Source: Thermoproteota archaeon (lineage in GTDB: Archaea > Thermoproteota > Thermoprotei_A > Sulfolobales > Ignisphaeraceae). Taken from it: a stretch of DNA of 64,000 nt. The stretch lies in contig JAUQPB010000004.1 in the NCBI GenBank assembly GCA_030550585.1, forward strand, positions 99,883-163,882. The letters run 5' to 3'. Position 1 is the first letter of the stretch; every line of letters begins with the position of its first letter. Shown in pieces: positions 8,629 through 19,410 of the stretch. The notes beneath the pieces are model-generated. The model was given only the letters and a program-made list of their open reading frames with translations. It was not told where the DNA came from and made no database searches. The position numbers and the translations under genes were made by a program.

Positions 8629-10410
8629 ATGGAAGGCCTAGGCGATGTTGTTCGCAGATTTCTAGATGGTGTAGAAGGTTGCGAATCTGTGGACTGTATA
8701 TTGGTTAGGCTGTCGACAGCTTTCTTCTCTATGAATGACCTCGCTAGAAGGTTTTCGCTTAGCATAGAAGAGCTTGTGAACAGGTTTCTCTCTCATCCAG
8801 ACGTCATGAAGGTTTTGGCCGGCCTAGATATACAGCTCGTGGTGAAGAAAATTTGCTGTGACGCTAGGTTTTCGAATCTTAGACAACACCAAAGCAAAAT
8901 CATAGATGCGATTAAGAGGGCATCCCAAATCTATCCGCCACACCAGACACACAGAGGAAGGGGTGTTATCATGGCCTATGCCAATAAACATATGTATGAG
9001 GGGAAAGAACCCCGCACTTGGGAATATGCAGGGGCCAAAGGCAAATGGAAGAGGCTGATACGCATGTTGCCTAGAATCAGTTTTGATTTTGCCAGAAGCG
9101 ACATAGTTGTATTGGTAGTGCTTATAGTTGTTTTCTTTGTGATACCGACTACATTAGCTATTATGAGGATGCTTTCGCCACACAGCTCTCCGCAAATTGC
9201 AGAAAACAGCTCTAGCTGGACAACAACAACAACAAGTGAAATGAGCTGGGTTAGAAGCGCAACACTCTATACCGTAACAGGTATTGAAGGTGTGTCAAAA
9301 TCACAACAGCATGTTAAGGCCACCTCAGTCAGCACCACGACAATCGCTGAAAGCATGGTAGAAGCTACAAGCACTTTTGCTATATCTAAAACCACGATAA
9401 CTACATACACAATACCATTGTCGTTTACATATACTACAGAAACAGAAACTGAGACGCTAGCGAGGTTATATCCCAAACCAGTACTAGAGATAGGGAAAAC
9501 GCGGCTTGCTGTTGAAGACGGCTATCTGGTTGTGGAGTACCATGGTAGGTGGATACCATATCTATGGATTGACATAGGAAACAGAACTATACATTTAACA
9601 CCACATGTACCTGACAATCAGAGTACTGCTGTTGGCGCAGACTATATATACATATCCTCTAACCACACCGTAGCGAAGTACAAATTAGATGAAATAGCAA
9701 AGCTGCTAGAAGCATACCGCGCAACAAATGTAAAAATAACGTTAAAACCTGAATCAGTAGTGTGCAACGCAATCCTTACTGAGAATAGGACTTTGCTGTT
9801 CTCTGAATGTAGACGTGTAATACTCCTCGTAATTCCTTCGTTGAGCGGGAGGTCAATTTTGGAGACTGTATGTTATGAAGTAAATATAACGGCAGTAGAT
9901 TATCTACACAACCATCTATTTAATGAGACATTCTTTAATAATCCGCTAGAGCTTTCGAGGTTTATATTGGATTGGCTGGACAGAAACGCTGAATATAACT
10001 ACTTTAAGGCAGCTTTTTCGCTGTTTAGTGATGTGATGGGCCCTGTCGAGTTCTTTGAACAGAGGACAGGTGTCTGTGCTGATTATGCTGTGTTCACAGC
10101 TACAGCTCTCTTGGCTGGTGGCAGCGACGAGGCGTATATACTGATATTCAACACCACAAGAGGGTGGCATGCTACCGCCGGGATAGTAGTGAACGGAACA
10201 CTATATATTTTAGACCAGCACCCACCCCTCTACGAGTGGAGCGAGTACACCGTCCATGTTTTCAAGCCTGTGGGCAACAAAATGCAGATTATGAGAATAA
10301 AGCTGGATAACAATGGGTTATCAACTATCGAGATATGGACACTGAGCTCCGATGAAGTTGAAAGCTGGCTACACAAAGTGGCGGGGTTGCAAGCAAGCCA
10401 AAGTAGTTGA
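8629..10410 (+). CDS. Membrane-anchored transglutaminase-like (Cys-His-Asp) protein with N-terminal C-x4-C domain
   Basis: GVCADYA, WHAT and ILDQ triad motifs; single TM; Thr/Ser-rich linker. Confidence 0.8.
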   Translation: MEGLGDVVRRFLDGVEGCESVDCILVRLSTAFFSMNDLARRFSLSIEELVNRFLSHPDVMKVLAGLDIQLVVKKICCDARFSNLRQHQSKIIDAIKRASQIYPPHQTHRGRGVIMAYANKHMYEGKEPRTWEYAGAKGKWKRLIRMLPRISFDFARSDIVVLVVLIVVFFVIPTTLAIMRMLSPHSSPQIAENSSSWTTTTTSEMSWVRSATLYTVTGIEGVSKSQQHVKATSVSTTTIAESMVEATSTFAISKTTITTYTIPLSFTYTTETETETLARLYPKPVLEIGKTRLAVEDGYLVVEYHGRWIPYLWIDIGNRTIHLTPHVPDNQSTAVGADYIYISSNHTVAKYKLDEIAKLLEAYRATNVKITLKPESVVCNAILTENRTLLFSECRRVILLVIPSLSGRSILETVCYEVNITAVDYLHNHLFNETFFNNPLELSRFILDWLDRNAEYNYFKAAFSLFSDVMGPVEFFEQRTGVCADYAVFTATALLAGGSDEAYILIFNTTRGWHATAGIVVNGTLYILDQHPPLYEWSEYTVHVFKPVGNKMQIMRIKLDNNGLSTIEIWTLSSDEVESWLHKVAGLQASQSS

Positions 10411-10489
10411 CAAACAAAGTCTACCTTAAGTGACTGAGATACTCAATAAAAAGAGATAGGTGGTGGTCGTTATCCCAAAGCGTTTATGA

Positions 10490-10714
10490 TTATTGTTTCT
10501 TCGGCTTGGACTTGACGAGCAGTATGCCGGGTATCAGAAATACTAGCGCCCCTAAGATACGTCCCACAGAGCGTAATATGGTTTCTTCGATGGCGCTGGA
10601 TGACATAATGTCGTTGATCAAGCCTCCGCCGAGGAGGAATACTGCGAGTGCTATTAACATAGCTCCGAAACTTTTCTCGCTACGTCTGCCATTGCAAACC
10701 ACCTGCTTTGTCAA
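10490..10714 (-). pseudogene. Isolated copy of the C-terminal two-TM domain of 7380-8375
   Basis: GAMLIALAVFLL..VGRILGALVFLIPGILLVKSKPKK aligns with GAILIALSIFLI..VGWLLGALIFLVLGIELVKPKKK. Confidence 0.65.
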
Positions 10715-10847
10715 AACAAAGCTTTGCTTGAACGAAAAATATAATTTTCTATTAGGCGATAGCTGTGGTTGATTGAATCAAATTAAGAAACTGCCAATGC
10801 AACTATCTTTGCTTGCCAAACCCTTTGAAATTACTTAGATATCTAGG

Positions 10848-11372
10848 TTAAACAACATGGAACAACATGGAAACGAGAGACCAAACTCCTATGGCGTAGA
10901 ATAGGTCAATCCATATTATCTTGGCTAGCGAGAGAACGTAGACTATTGCGGCAATAGGGAAGCCCAATATCGCTTTTTTCTCTACACGCCAGTTCTCCTT
11001 GCAGTACCTGTATAGTGACTTGGCATCCTCTGTGCTCGGTATTGCATGCATGCCGAACGAGATTGCCAGCCACACCAAAAACCACCCGAGCGGACTTCGT
11101 GTGTACGGATCTAGAAATGCCAGCACTATAGAAACTATTACCTCGGCTAATGTATTAACCACTAGCGGAAACATGGATATGGCTAGGGCCTGCCCAAACG
11201 TGTGAGGGGGCTCGTGGAGGACATAGCCAGCAGGGTTCCCCAAGCGGAAATACTTTACCTCGTATACCATTAAACCGGACTTCTCACATGCAATTTTATG
11301 GGCATATTCATGAAGAATCACACCAGGAAATGTAACCAGAGCAATCAGCCAACCAGGAATAAATACAACCAT
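10848..11372 (-). CDS. Membrane zinc metalloprotease-like protein (HExxH, DUF3267/M50-like)
   Basis: PGVILHEYAH, GYVLH and HAIPSTED motifs; GGAGGT RBS before the ATG at 11372. Confidence 0.75.
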   Translation of the reverse strand: MVVFIPGWLIALVTFPGVILHEYAHKIACEKSGLMVYEVKYFRLGNPAGYVLHEPPHTFGQALAISMFPLVVNTLAEVIVSIVLAFLDPYTRSPLGWFLVWLAISFGMHAIPSTEDAKSLYRYCKENWRVEKKAILGFPIAAIVYVLSLAKIIWIDLFYAIGVWSLVSMLFHVV

Positions 11373-11775
11373 ACTGACCTCCTTCTGTATATTATATATT
11401 GAGATATATTTAAAAATGATATAGACTATCCCTACTTCGTGGACATGCATTTAAATGTTTCTGATTATTTATCTCATAGAACTATGTTTAAATTAAACCA
11501 ATGCACAGCCATTGAGATCTCCACAACATCTGTGAAGAGGTATTTCTGCTTCTTTTAAGCAATACATGTCTTCATTGCTTAGTGTTTAACTTAGGAATAA
11601 CCAAAGAAAAGATTGTGTATGCATGCCAAGGCAAAAACAATTGGGGTGTAGCTACACGCATAAATCTATTCATTGAATATTTGGAATGGGGATGATTTTT
11701 TATTTGGATTCGGTGGTGGGGTGGATGGTTAGTGAAAAATGGTATGGGCTTGCAGAAATCCATGTTATATTTTTA

Positions 11776-12762
11776 CTATCTCAACAGCTCTCTTATCAGT
11801 TTTTGGGCTTCTATTGGGTTGTTGGAGTCTATGACTTTTCTTATTCTCTCCCATCCGATGCTCTCTAGAGCTCTGTATATGGCTCTTACGTTCTCTATGC
11901 TTTGTCTGACCATCTCGGCTGCGTCTAGGTATCTTGGGAATAGGTCTAGGCCGAACCAGCCGCTGTAGTTTGTTTCTTTTAGCCAGTATAGGAGCTCTGC
12001 AAACTCTAGTAGGTGGACGCTTGCTGGGAATAGGTCTAGGTCTACCTCTGTGAATATGTCGTTTAGGTGTAGGTGGTACAATGCGTTGTATCTGGATATG
12101 AGGACTATTGCCTCTGGCACATACTCTTTAGCTAGTTTTGCATGGGCAAACTCTACGTTTATACCAACATTCTTTATGCCCTGCATCCTAAGCTCTAGTA
12201 TTGTTGTCAGGGCTCTTGCTGCTGAGCCGTGTAGGAGGTAGCTCGATGGATCCTCTATCTTGTACTCCAACGCAACCTTTATCTCTGGCCCATACTCAGC
12301 TACCTCCTTGATCGAGGATACGTAGTTGTTCCAGAGCTTTCTATAGTCTGTTGTGAATGGAAAGTCAAACCCCTCTCTACCAGGCCATATAATCAGTATC
12401 TCTGCCCCGAGCTCCCTAGCAATATCTATTGCCTTCTTACATCTTTCAACAGCCCTCCTCCTAGTACTCTCATCGAGTGCCGATAGCGCTCCCCTAGCCC
12501 ACTGAGCCTCCTGGGAAAGCACAGGGGCTATGGCAACAGCCTTTAGATTTGCAGTTGATAGAGCGTCTTTAACCTGCTTAACGTTCTCCTCATTGACTTC
12601 TGTTGGATAGTGGAACTCCAGGCCCTGGAGACCCTCAACCCTGCCGGCCTCTTTTATCAGCTCAACAATTGGCCTAGCAGGTTTGTAGCCCGTTGGAGCA
12701 AACCTCTCTACACCAGCTCCGAAGACCCATATACCAGTTGAAAACCTTATCTCCATTTTCAT
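11776..12762 (-). CDS. Xylose-isomerase-like TIM-barrel sugar isomerase
   Basis: WPGREG, LEYK, EFAH, HLND..DLD and GLDLFP metal-ligand motifs. Confidence 0.85.
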   Translation of the reverse strand: MKMEIRFSTGIWVFGAGVERFAPTGYKPARPIVELIKEAGRVEGLQGLEFHYPTEVNEENVKQVKDALSTANLKAVAIAPVLSQEAQWARGALSALDESTRRRAVERCKKAIDIARELGAEILIIWPGREGFDFPFTTDYRKLWNNYVSSIKEVAEYGPEIKVALEYKIEDPSSYLLHGSAARALTTILELRMQGIKNVGINVEFAHAKLAKEYVPEAIVLISRYNALYHLHLNDIFTEVDLDLFPASVHLLEFAELLYWLKETNYSGWFGLDLFPRYLDAAEMVRQSIENVRAIYRALESIGWERIRKVIDSNNPIEAQKLIRELLR

Positions 12763-12922
12763 GCACCACAATCTAATAAAAGAGTTGGAAAACATTAAAA
12801 AGTTTACTGTGTTAACCTCATCCAATAGCCTAGTCTATGCGGAAACGTTTATTCACATGGAAAAACCATATAAGAATTTCCCTGCAAATTCTTATGTCCA
12901 AACATATAGTTGGGGTTGTGCC

Positions 12923-13318
12923 ATGCACCAAGACCTTAACGATGTGGTTATACCTGTGGGCATTAGATGCACAGAGTTTTATAGGGTTGGGGATGCACAT
13001 GTTGCGAATCATGTCGGTGCTCTGTCAACACCCTCTATGATACTTTTTATGGAGTTGACTGCAATGCGATGTGTTGAAAAGTATATTCCCATTGGCTACA
13101 CAACCGTCGGCTTTTCTGTTAATGTGAGGCATGTCAGTCCAGCCCCTCCAAACGCTGTTGTTAGAGTTGAGGCAGAGCTTGTCTCTAGGGAGGGTAGAAA
13201 GCTTGTTTTCAGTGTTAGGACGTTCCTTGGTGAGAGGGTTGTTGGTGAGGGTGTTCACGAGCGGTATATTGTCTCTGTCGAGAGGTTTTTAGACAAGGTG
13301 AGAAGGTCTTGGCCATAA
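12923..13318 (+). CDS. FlK-like hotdog thioesterase
   Basis: LSTPSMILFME, TVG..VNVRH and GEGVHER motifs. Confidence 0.85.
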   Translation: MHQDLNDVVIPVGIRCTEFYRVGDAHVANHVGALSTPSMILFMELTAMRCVEKYIPIGYTTVGFSVNVRHVSPAPPNAVVRVEAELVSREGRKLVFSVRTFLGERVVGEGVHERYIVSVERFLDKVRRSWP

Positions 13319-13407
13319 GACCCATATTCTCTAAAGCCGTTGTTGTGACTGGAAATAGTTAATAGGTGTTCCCGCTAGACCAATAGCCTGGCTGTGGATC
13401 CTGTCAA

Positions 13408-14274
13408 TTGGTTCTTATATGGGGGAGGGGGTTGCTAGTTGTAAACAGTAGAAGAGTCGATGAGCTGGCTGAGATGGTTAGAGCCATTGGACTGGAAAAG
13501 ATAGTGGTTTTTGAGGATATTGACCCCCAGTTCGAGGCTATAAAGAACCTGTCTAGGGTCTGCGGCTCTACAGCCTATCTCCTAGCTGTTCTCAATAGCG
13601 TTATCAGCTATAGGCTTTCCCAGCCTGGAGAGGTTTACTGGAGTCTCTTCTCAGACTATGCAAAAAGCAGGTGTAGGTCGATCGATGGACTGGAAAAAGC
13701 TGTTGGGCTTGTCAAAGAGTTTGCGAGAATGTATAACAGGGTTTCAGTTGATCAGAAGCTTAGAAGACTTGAGAAGATTGCTAAGTGTAGCCAGCTAGAG
13801 CAGGCTGTTTTGTCGACGGATCTGGAGGCTGTGAGGAGGGAGATAGCTCTGTGTCTAGATGTGGAACCAGACTCCAAGACCGTTGTTTTCTCAGCTAAAA
13901 TGGTTTACTATGTGCACAAGGCACTCAGCAAAAAGGTGTCTATACCGATGACAATCCCAATACCTGTAGACACTAGGGTTGCCGCAATAACCTATCTATC
14001 AGGAGCTATAGACGTAGTTGGCGAGGCTATTAGCGAGGGCTATCCCCTACTCAAATACAGCAAAGCAATTAGAGGCGTGTGGATGGAGATAGGCAGGAAA
14101 TCCTCTACACCACCACTAAACATAGACGCACTCATATGGTACTTCGGAAAATACCACAACGCAAAGAGCATAGACCACATATACTCCTCGGAATACAACA
14201 AACTCAGGCAGTTTCTAACACCAGATGAGATAATGCTTATAATAAGAAACCTCTTCTACAGATTAGTCAGATGA
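13408..14274 (+). CDS. Archaeal 8-oxoguanine N-glycosylase/DNA lyase (AGOG family)
   Basis: DPQF, SYRLS..GEVYW, KTVVFSAKM, IPIPVDTR and PPLNIDALIW motifs. Confidence 0.85.
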   Translation: MVLIWGRGLLVVNSRRVDELAEMVRAIGLEKIVVFEDIDPQFEAIKNLSRVCGSTAYLLAVLNSVISYRLSQPGEVYWSLFSDYAKSRCRSIDGLEKAVGLVKEFARMYNRVSVDQKLRRLEKIAKCSQLEQAVLSTDLEAVRREIALCLDVEPDSKTVVFSAKMVYYVHKALSKKVSIPMTIPIPVDTRVAAITYLSGAIDVVGEAISEGYPLLKYSKAIRGVWMEIGRKSSTPPLNIDALIWYFGKYHNAKSIDHIYSSEYNKLRQFLTPDEIMLIIRNLFYRLVR

Positions 14275-14403
14275 TTCTAAATAGTATTGAATATGGCTAT
14301 ATAGAGTTGCATTTTCAAGACTGTGCCTAGATGCTCACCATATAAAACAATAAATAAGTTTATAAAGCTCTATACACAAAATGATATATGGTATTTGTTT
14401 TCT

Positions 14404-15273
14404 ATGAAAAATGTGGAGCTTATAGCATATGTCATATCCTTTATCATCACACTAGCCATAGCTGTTCACATCTTCAACATAATTTATGGTGCTTTCCCGT
14501 GGAAAACATTTGATATTAAGGATGAGACTGTGGAGGAAGGCAGAGCCGATGTTGTGGAAGATGGTGAGGTTGGAGAAGTTCGTATTGTCGGCAATGTGGT
14601 GTATCTTCCTCTTCCTAGGAGGGTCTCTAATGTCTCTGTTGAGGAGGCCATCCTCTTGAGGAGGAGTATCAGGGAGTATCTACCCAATCCGATAACCATT
14701 GATCAGCTTTCAATGCTTTTGTGGGCAGCCTACGGAGTTACAGATACAAGGTATGGTTTTAGATCATCTCCAAGCGCTGGAGCGACATACCCACTAGAAA
14801 TATATGTTGTGGTTGGGGAGAAAGGTGTTAGGATAGGTGATGAGAAGTATCTGAGGTCAGGGGTATACAAATATGATGTCTATACACATAGTCTAAGGCT
14901 TGTTAGAGAAGGTGATTTTAGAGATGAGCTTGCTAAAGCTGCTTTGGATCAGCCTTGGGTTAGGGAGGCACCTATAAACATTGTTATTACAGCTGTTTTC
15001 GAGAGAACGACGAGGATCTATGGTGAGAGGGGTAGGGTTAGGTATGTGCCTATGGAGGTTGGGCATGTAGGGCAAAACATATATCTGATGGCAACTGCTT
15101 TGAGGCTTGGAACAGTTGTTATAGGTGCTTTCTACGATGATTGGATAGCCCAAATAATTTCAGCATCTGAAAATGAGACTCCTATGTATATAGTGCCTGT
15201 TGGTGTTCCCAAAGAGTTTAGGGAAACAACTTTTGAGGATATTCAAAGGTTTATAGAGAGTAGAAGGGGATAG
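14404..15273 (+). CDS. SagB/ThcOx-type nitroreductase with N-terminal TM
   Basis: RRSIR, PSAGATYPLE, EVGHVGQN and IGAFYD motifs. Confidence 0.9.
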   Translation: MKNVELIAYVISFIITLAIAVHIFNIIYGAFPWKTFDIKDETVEEGRADVVEDGEVGEVRIVGNVVYLPLPRRVSNVSVEEAILLRRSIREYLPNPITIDQLSMLLWAAYGVTDTRYGFRSSPSAGATYPLEIYVVVGEKGVRIGDEKYLRSGVYKYDVYTHSLRLVREGDFRDELAKAALDQPWVREAPINIVITAVFERTTRIYGERGRVRYVPMEVGHVGQNIYLMATALRLGTVVIGAFYDDWIAQIISASENETPMYIVPVGVPKEFRETTFEDIQRFIESRRG

Positions 15274-15274
15274 C

Positions 15275-15610
15275 ATGTCAAAGTCACTGCGAATTGCTTT
15301 GGCGATTGTTGAAGTAACTTCAATACCACTACTTGTGCTTACAGCAATATACATACTCTCGGGATATCAAATGCTCTACCCACAGATACGCTTGATCCCA
15401 GCTGCAAGAACATTACATACAGACAAGTTTTTGAGAATCCTATTTGTCGTCCTAGTATACCTACATGGACTTACAGGCACAATCATATTATGTGAAAGAA
15501 GGATAAGAAATGCATTAATTAGAAACATAATCGAGTATATCGCAATAATAGGACTCTCAATTCTTCTTGCAATACCACTCACCCTAGAATTTACCATAGG
15601 GCAAAGCTAA
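15275..15610 (+). CDS. Small three-TM membrane protein with two His (cytochrome-b-like)
   Basis: Coupled to the nitroreductase; LSGY, TLHT and YLHG segments. Confidence 0.6.
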   Translation: MSKSLRIALAIVEVTSIPLLVLTAIYILSGYQMLYPQIRLIPAARTLHTDKFLRILFVVLVYLHGLTGTIILCERRIRNALIRNIIEYIAIIGLSILLAIPLTLEFTIGQS

Positions 15611-15786
15611 CGCCTCGGCCATTCGGTTACATTGAATAGACGATTTATCATTTCTATCACCAACTAGACACCAAAACATTTTCTAACCCTCTGACGCATT
15701 GTCAAGTTCCTTAACATTGAAGTATCTCTGTAGATGCCCCAAGCACTATAATCGTTAGTGTCTACAATGATTGAATTAATCAAGGG

Positions 15787-16803
15787 TTATATCTCTACAA
15801 CAACCTTTAGCTGATGTCTCTCAAGAGATTTTTTCAGTGCTTCGACTGCATTGTCGATCCCCTTTACAACTTCTGTTATCTTTGGTTTTACAACACCTCT
15901 TTTCAGCAAATCTATGGCTTTTTCGAATTCTTTGAATGTTCCACATCTCGTTCCAATAATCCTAATCTCTTTGACAACAGCTACTGTTGTGTTCACGGTT
16001 GCTAATGCTCCCGGTGTCGACTTCAAGTGTATTACTCCCCTAGGTCTCGTAAGCTGTATCGCTATATCTAGTCCCTGTGGGTCTCCAGTGGCCTCAAATA
16101 CCATGTCGAATCCGAGGCCCTCCGGCGTTTTCTCGGATACATAGCTTAGAGCTGTTTTGGTGTCTAGAACCCTGATGCCCAGCTCTACAAAGTATCTAGT
16201 CTTTGGAGAATCCGGTCTTGCTATAACAACTGGTTCGAGACCCATATGAAGCAAAACCTGTGTTGCTAGGTAAGCTAGGTTGCCCGTGCCAAGAACAGCA
16301 ATATTATCGCTTGGCCTTGGCGGGTACTGAGAAAATGCATTCAGAACAGCTGCTAGCGGCTCAACCTCTGTTGCTGTGATAGAGTCTAGGCCATTCACTA
16401 TATGCAAAGCTGTTTGAGGTGCTGCAAAATATTCTGCAAAACCCCCGTCAAAATCTATCCCAAGTGTTTTCTTGTATGGACAATGTGTATAGAGACCACT
16501 TCTACAGTAGTAGCATGAACCGCAAGAGAAGTTTATTTCACTAACAACAAGCCTTCCCCTAAGGGGAGAGTCGCTAACAACTACCCCCACAACTTCGTGT
16601 CCTGGTATAAGAGGAGATTTGAAGAGTTTATATGTCCCTTTATAAAAAGCTTTGTCAGTTCCACAAACACCAACAGCAACACTTTTAACCAAAACCCAGT
16701 TTCCCTGTGGAGTGGGGATCGGGACATCCCCAATTTTCGCAATGCCAGGGCCGTATAGCACAAGTGCCTTCAATTTCAACACCATAAAACGTTCTATCAT
16801 CAA
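15787..16803 (-). CDS. Zinc-dependent medium-chain alcohol dehydrogenase
   Basis: GVCGTD, GHE, CGSCYYC..C and GTGNLA motifs. Confidence 0.92.
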   Translation of the reverse strand: MMIERFMVLKLKALVLYGPGIAKIGDVPIPTPQGNWVLVKSVAVGVCGTDKAFYKGTYKLFKSPLIPGHEVVGVVVSDSPLRGRLVVSEINFSCGSCYYCRSGLYTHCPYKKTLGIDFDGGFAEYFAAPQTALHIVNGLDSITATEVEPLAAVLNAFSQYPPRPSDNIAVLGTGNLAYLATQVLLHMGLEPVVIARPDSPKTRYFVELGIRVLDTKTALSYVSEKTPEGLGFDMVFEATGDPQGLDIAIQLTRPRGVIHLKSTPGALATVNTTVAVVKEIRIIGTRCGTFKEFEKAIDLLKRGVVKPKITEVVKGIDNAVEALKKSLERHQLKVVVEI

Positions 16804-17007
16804 AGTTTTAGATCTTATGATACAATATCAATATAAAATAATAATTAGCATATTTGCTTAAATGCGATGACCAGTAACTTAAGTTTTGTGGCTCTTCTCA
16901 TAGCTATCTATATCCAACAAATAGAGTTGAAGTTTGTTAAAAAGGGTCTAATTAGGCTAAAGCTTTTTAGAAAGGGGCTTCTCCAATGATATGTTATAAT
17001 CAGTGAA

Positions 17008-18336
17008 ATGTTTGGTGGTTGTATTTGGATTTTGTATTTGACATATCATAGCTTGGGCAGTGTTTGGAGACCTTTCATAGGCTTTGTTGTAGTTGCTATG
17101 ATTACTATCTTTCTGGTTTTTAGAAGTAGATATGCTAGGATACCTATTTGGAGTGTAATGGCATTTACATCTTTTCTTGTTGTTTTCTTTAGACTTGTAT
17201 CTGTTGATGAAATGGGCTCTCTAATTGACTTAGATGTGATCTTGTTTCTAATTGGGATGTCCACATTGGTTGGCATTGCCGAGAGCTCTGATATTTTAAA
17301 TGCTCTAGCTTTGTGGCTTATAGGCAAGTTCAGATCTGTTAAAATGCTTGTTATAGCATCTTCGCTTGTCTTTAGATTGCTAGCAGCATTTGCGATGAAT
17401 GATACCGTAGCTCTTATGGGCCCCCAATAGCCTATTTAATTCCGAGGATTATTGGTGTAGACCCTGTCTTTATGTTTCTTCTATTAGCGTATTCTCTCAC
17501 TATAGAATCTGTTATGCCACCTATAGGCAATCCACAAAATGTTTTAGTTGCTGAAAGCTCTGGAATAGAGGCTCCTTTCATAACCTTTGTATACAAACTC
17601 TCCATACCAACTATAATAAACCTTGTTATAACGCCTTTAATACTAATGCATTTAATGATTGGCAAAGCTACTCAAAAAAGAAAAATCGCTGTGCCTATTG
17701 CTGAAGAGGCTATAAAAGATCGGAGAGAGGCTATAATAGCTGCAATAGGCTTGACAACAACTATAGGTATGCTAATAGTAAATGATGTTCTTCAGCTTAT
17801 GGGATATCCACATATACAGAGAAGAGGTTTGATACCATTCACAATAGCTGCTGGTATATACATCTTCACTAAAGAGCCTGGGAAAACACTTTCGAAAGTT
17901 GATTGGGGGGACAATAATATTCTTCATATCGATGTTTATAACTATGGAGGGGGTTTGGAGAAGTGGTGTTCTAAACCCGCTTCTAAACATGTTTATGAGT
18001 AGAAGATATGGCGACTTCAGAGACATACTATCAATAGCAATATCATCTATAGCATTAAGTCAGCTAATAAGCAACGCACCCTTCACAAAGCTCTTCATAA
18101 ATTATATGCATTCCATGGGATTCACAGAAAAAGATGTTAATGCATGGCTGTCACTAGCAACATTTAGTACAATAGCAGGTAATCTAACATTTTTAGGAGC
18201 GGCATCAAATATAATAATTTTGAAGGTGCTGGAATCGAGATACTCAAGAACAATATCATTTAAAGACTTTGTCAGAGCTGGAGGCATAGTAATAGCAATA
18301 AACACATTAGTGTACATACCATTTCTTTTGTATTAA
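17008..18336 (+). pseudogene. ArsB/NhaD/SLC13-type anion transporter, frameshifted twice
   Basis: Three consecutive ORFs with NDT, PIGNPQN, DWGT, SN.P and AGNLT.LGAASN; frameshifts at C5 (17421-17425) and G6 (17905-17910). Confidence 0.85.
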
Positions 18337-18413
18337 AAACGCAATTCTTTATCACAAAACACCAAGACATTCGCAGCCAAAAGCTTTTTAATGCGGGGAG
18401 AAGGCCAAGTTGA

Positions 18414-18780
18414 TTACAGTTTATGTGATGTGTTAATTACGAATTTCCGCCTCTTTATCTGCATCAAATACTGCAATACCTTTTTCAACGCTCTAATGTA
18501 GAACTGGTTACCTGATCTAATCGCCTCCTTCAGCTCTTTTTCACTTACAATAGTTATCTCTACATCAACATCTTTTACTCTATGGATAGCAAATCTATCT
18601 TTCACTACATCCACATCCCTAACTACGACCATCACATCTATATCGCTTAAGCCCTTCACAAACTTTCCCTCTGCTATAGAACCCGTTAACAATATCTTCA
18701 AGGCTTATACCTCCTTACCAATTCCTTTATCAACAGCTCAAGATTTTCTACAAGGTCTTTAACATTGTCTTTATCGAGAA
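18414..18780 (-). pseudogene. Minimal nucleotidyltransferase (MNT) antitoxin, 5' frameshifted
   Basis: GSIAEG..SDIDV motif; directly downstream of a HEPN gene. Confidence 0.7.
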
Positions 18781-19176
18781 TCTTCCTCAAGAAGCTTTCT
18801 GACATGGTTCAGCACCTTCCTAGCTATGTTTATGGCCTCTTCTGCATTCTCTCTAGAGTAGTGCTTGTGGGGAGGTAGCAAGAGCCATGCACCAGGATAT
18901 CTAGTGGGTATATAATATCTATCTAGCTTCTCAGCAGAACTGGCTAAATCCTTTGGAAAGTACACTCTAGTTGCAACCTCATTTAAGAGCATATTCACAC
19001 TATGTGTCTGTCTATAGACGCCAAGTCTCTTCATCAATAAAGCCTTTAAGCCTTTTCACAGCTTGATGAGAAAAGAAACAAACTTTGCTCCATTTCCCAG
19101 CTTCAAATAAGATTGAGGCTAATTCTAAATCGTCAACAGCTTCATCAAATCAATTCACATATCTGTCATAACTCAT
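18771..19176 (-). pseudogene. HEPN toxin pseudogene
   Basis: THSV..LDRYYIPTRYP; upstream part carries an internal TGA and frameshifts. Confidence 0.75.
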
Positions 19177-19410
19177 TAAGAACACTGCCAATGCTAAACA
19201 CCTATGATTAAATCGTAGATTAAAGTTTTAATTTTCTAAAAATAACTAAGTTTTAATAAAATGAGAATAAAACTAGAACAGCTCGTTTTATACACGTCAA
19301 TTAATTGTAGCTTGATCTTCATAACTATGTATGTTGCATAGATAGGATTCATTAAATAGTTTAGAGATGCATCTTTTTGACTCAATCTTTATTAGCGCTA
19401 TTACTAAGAT

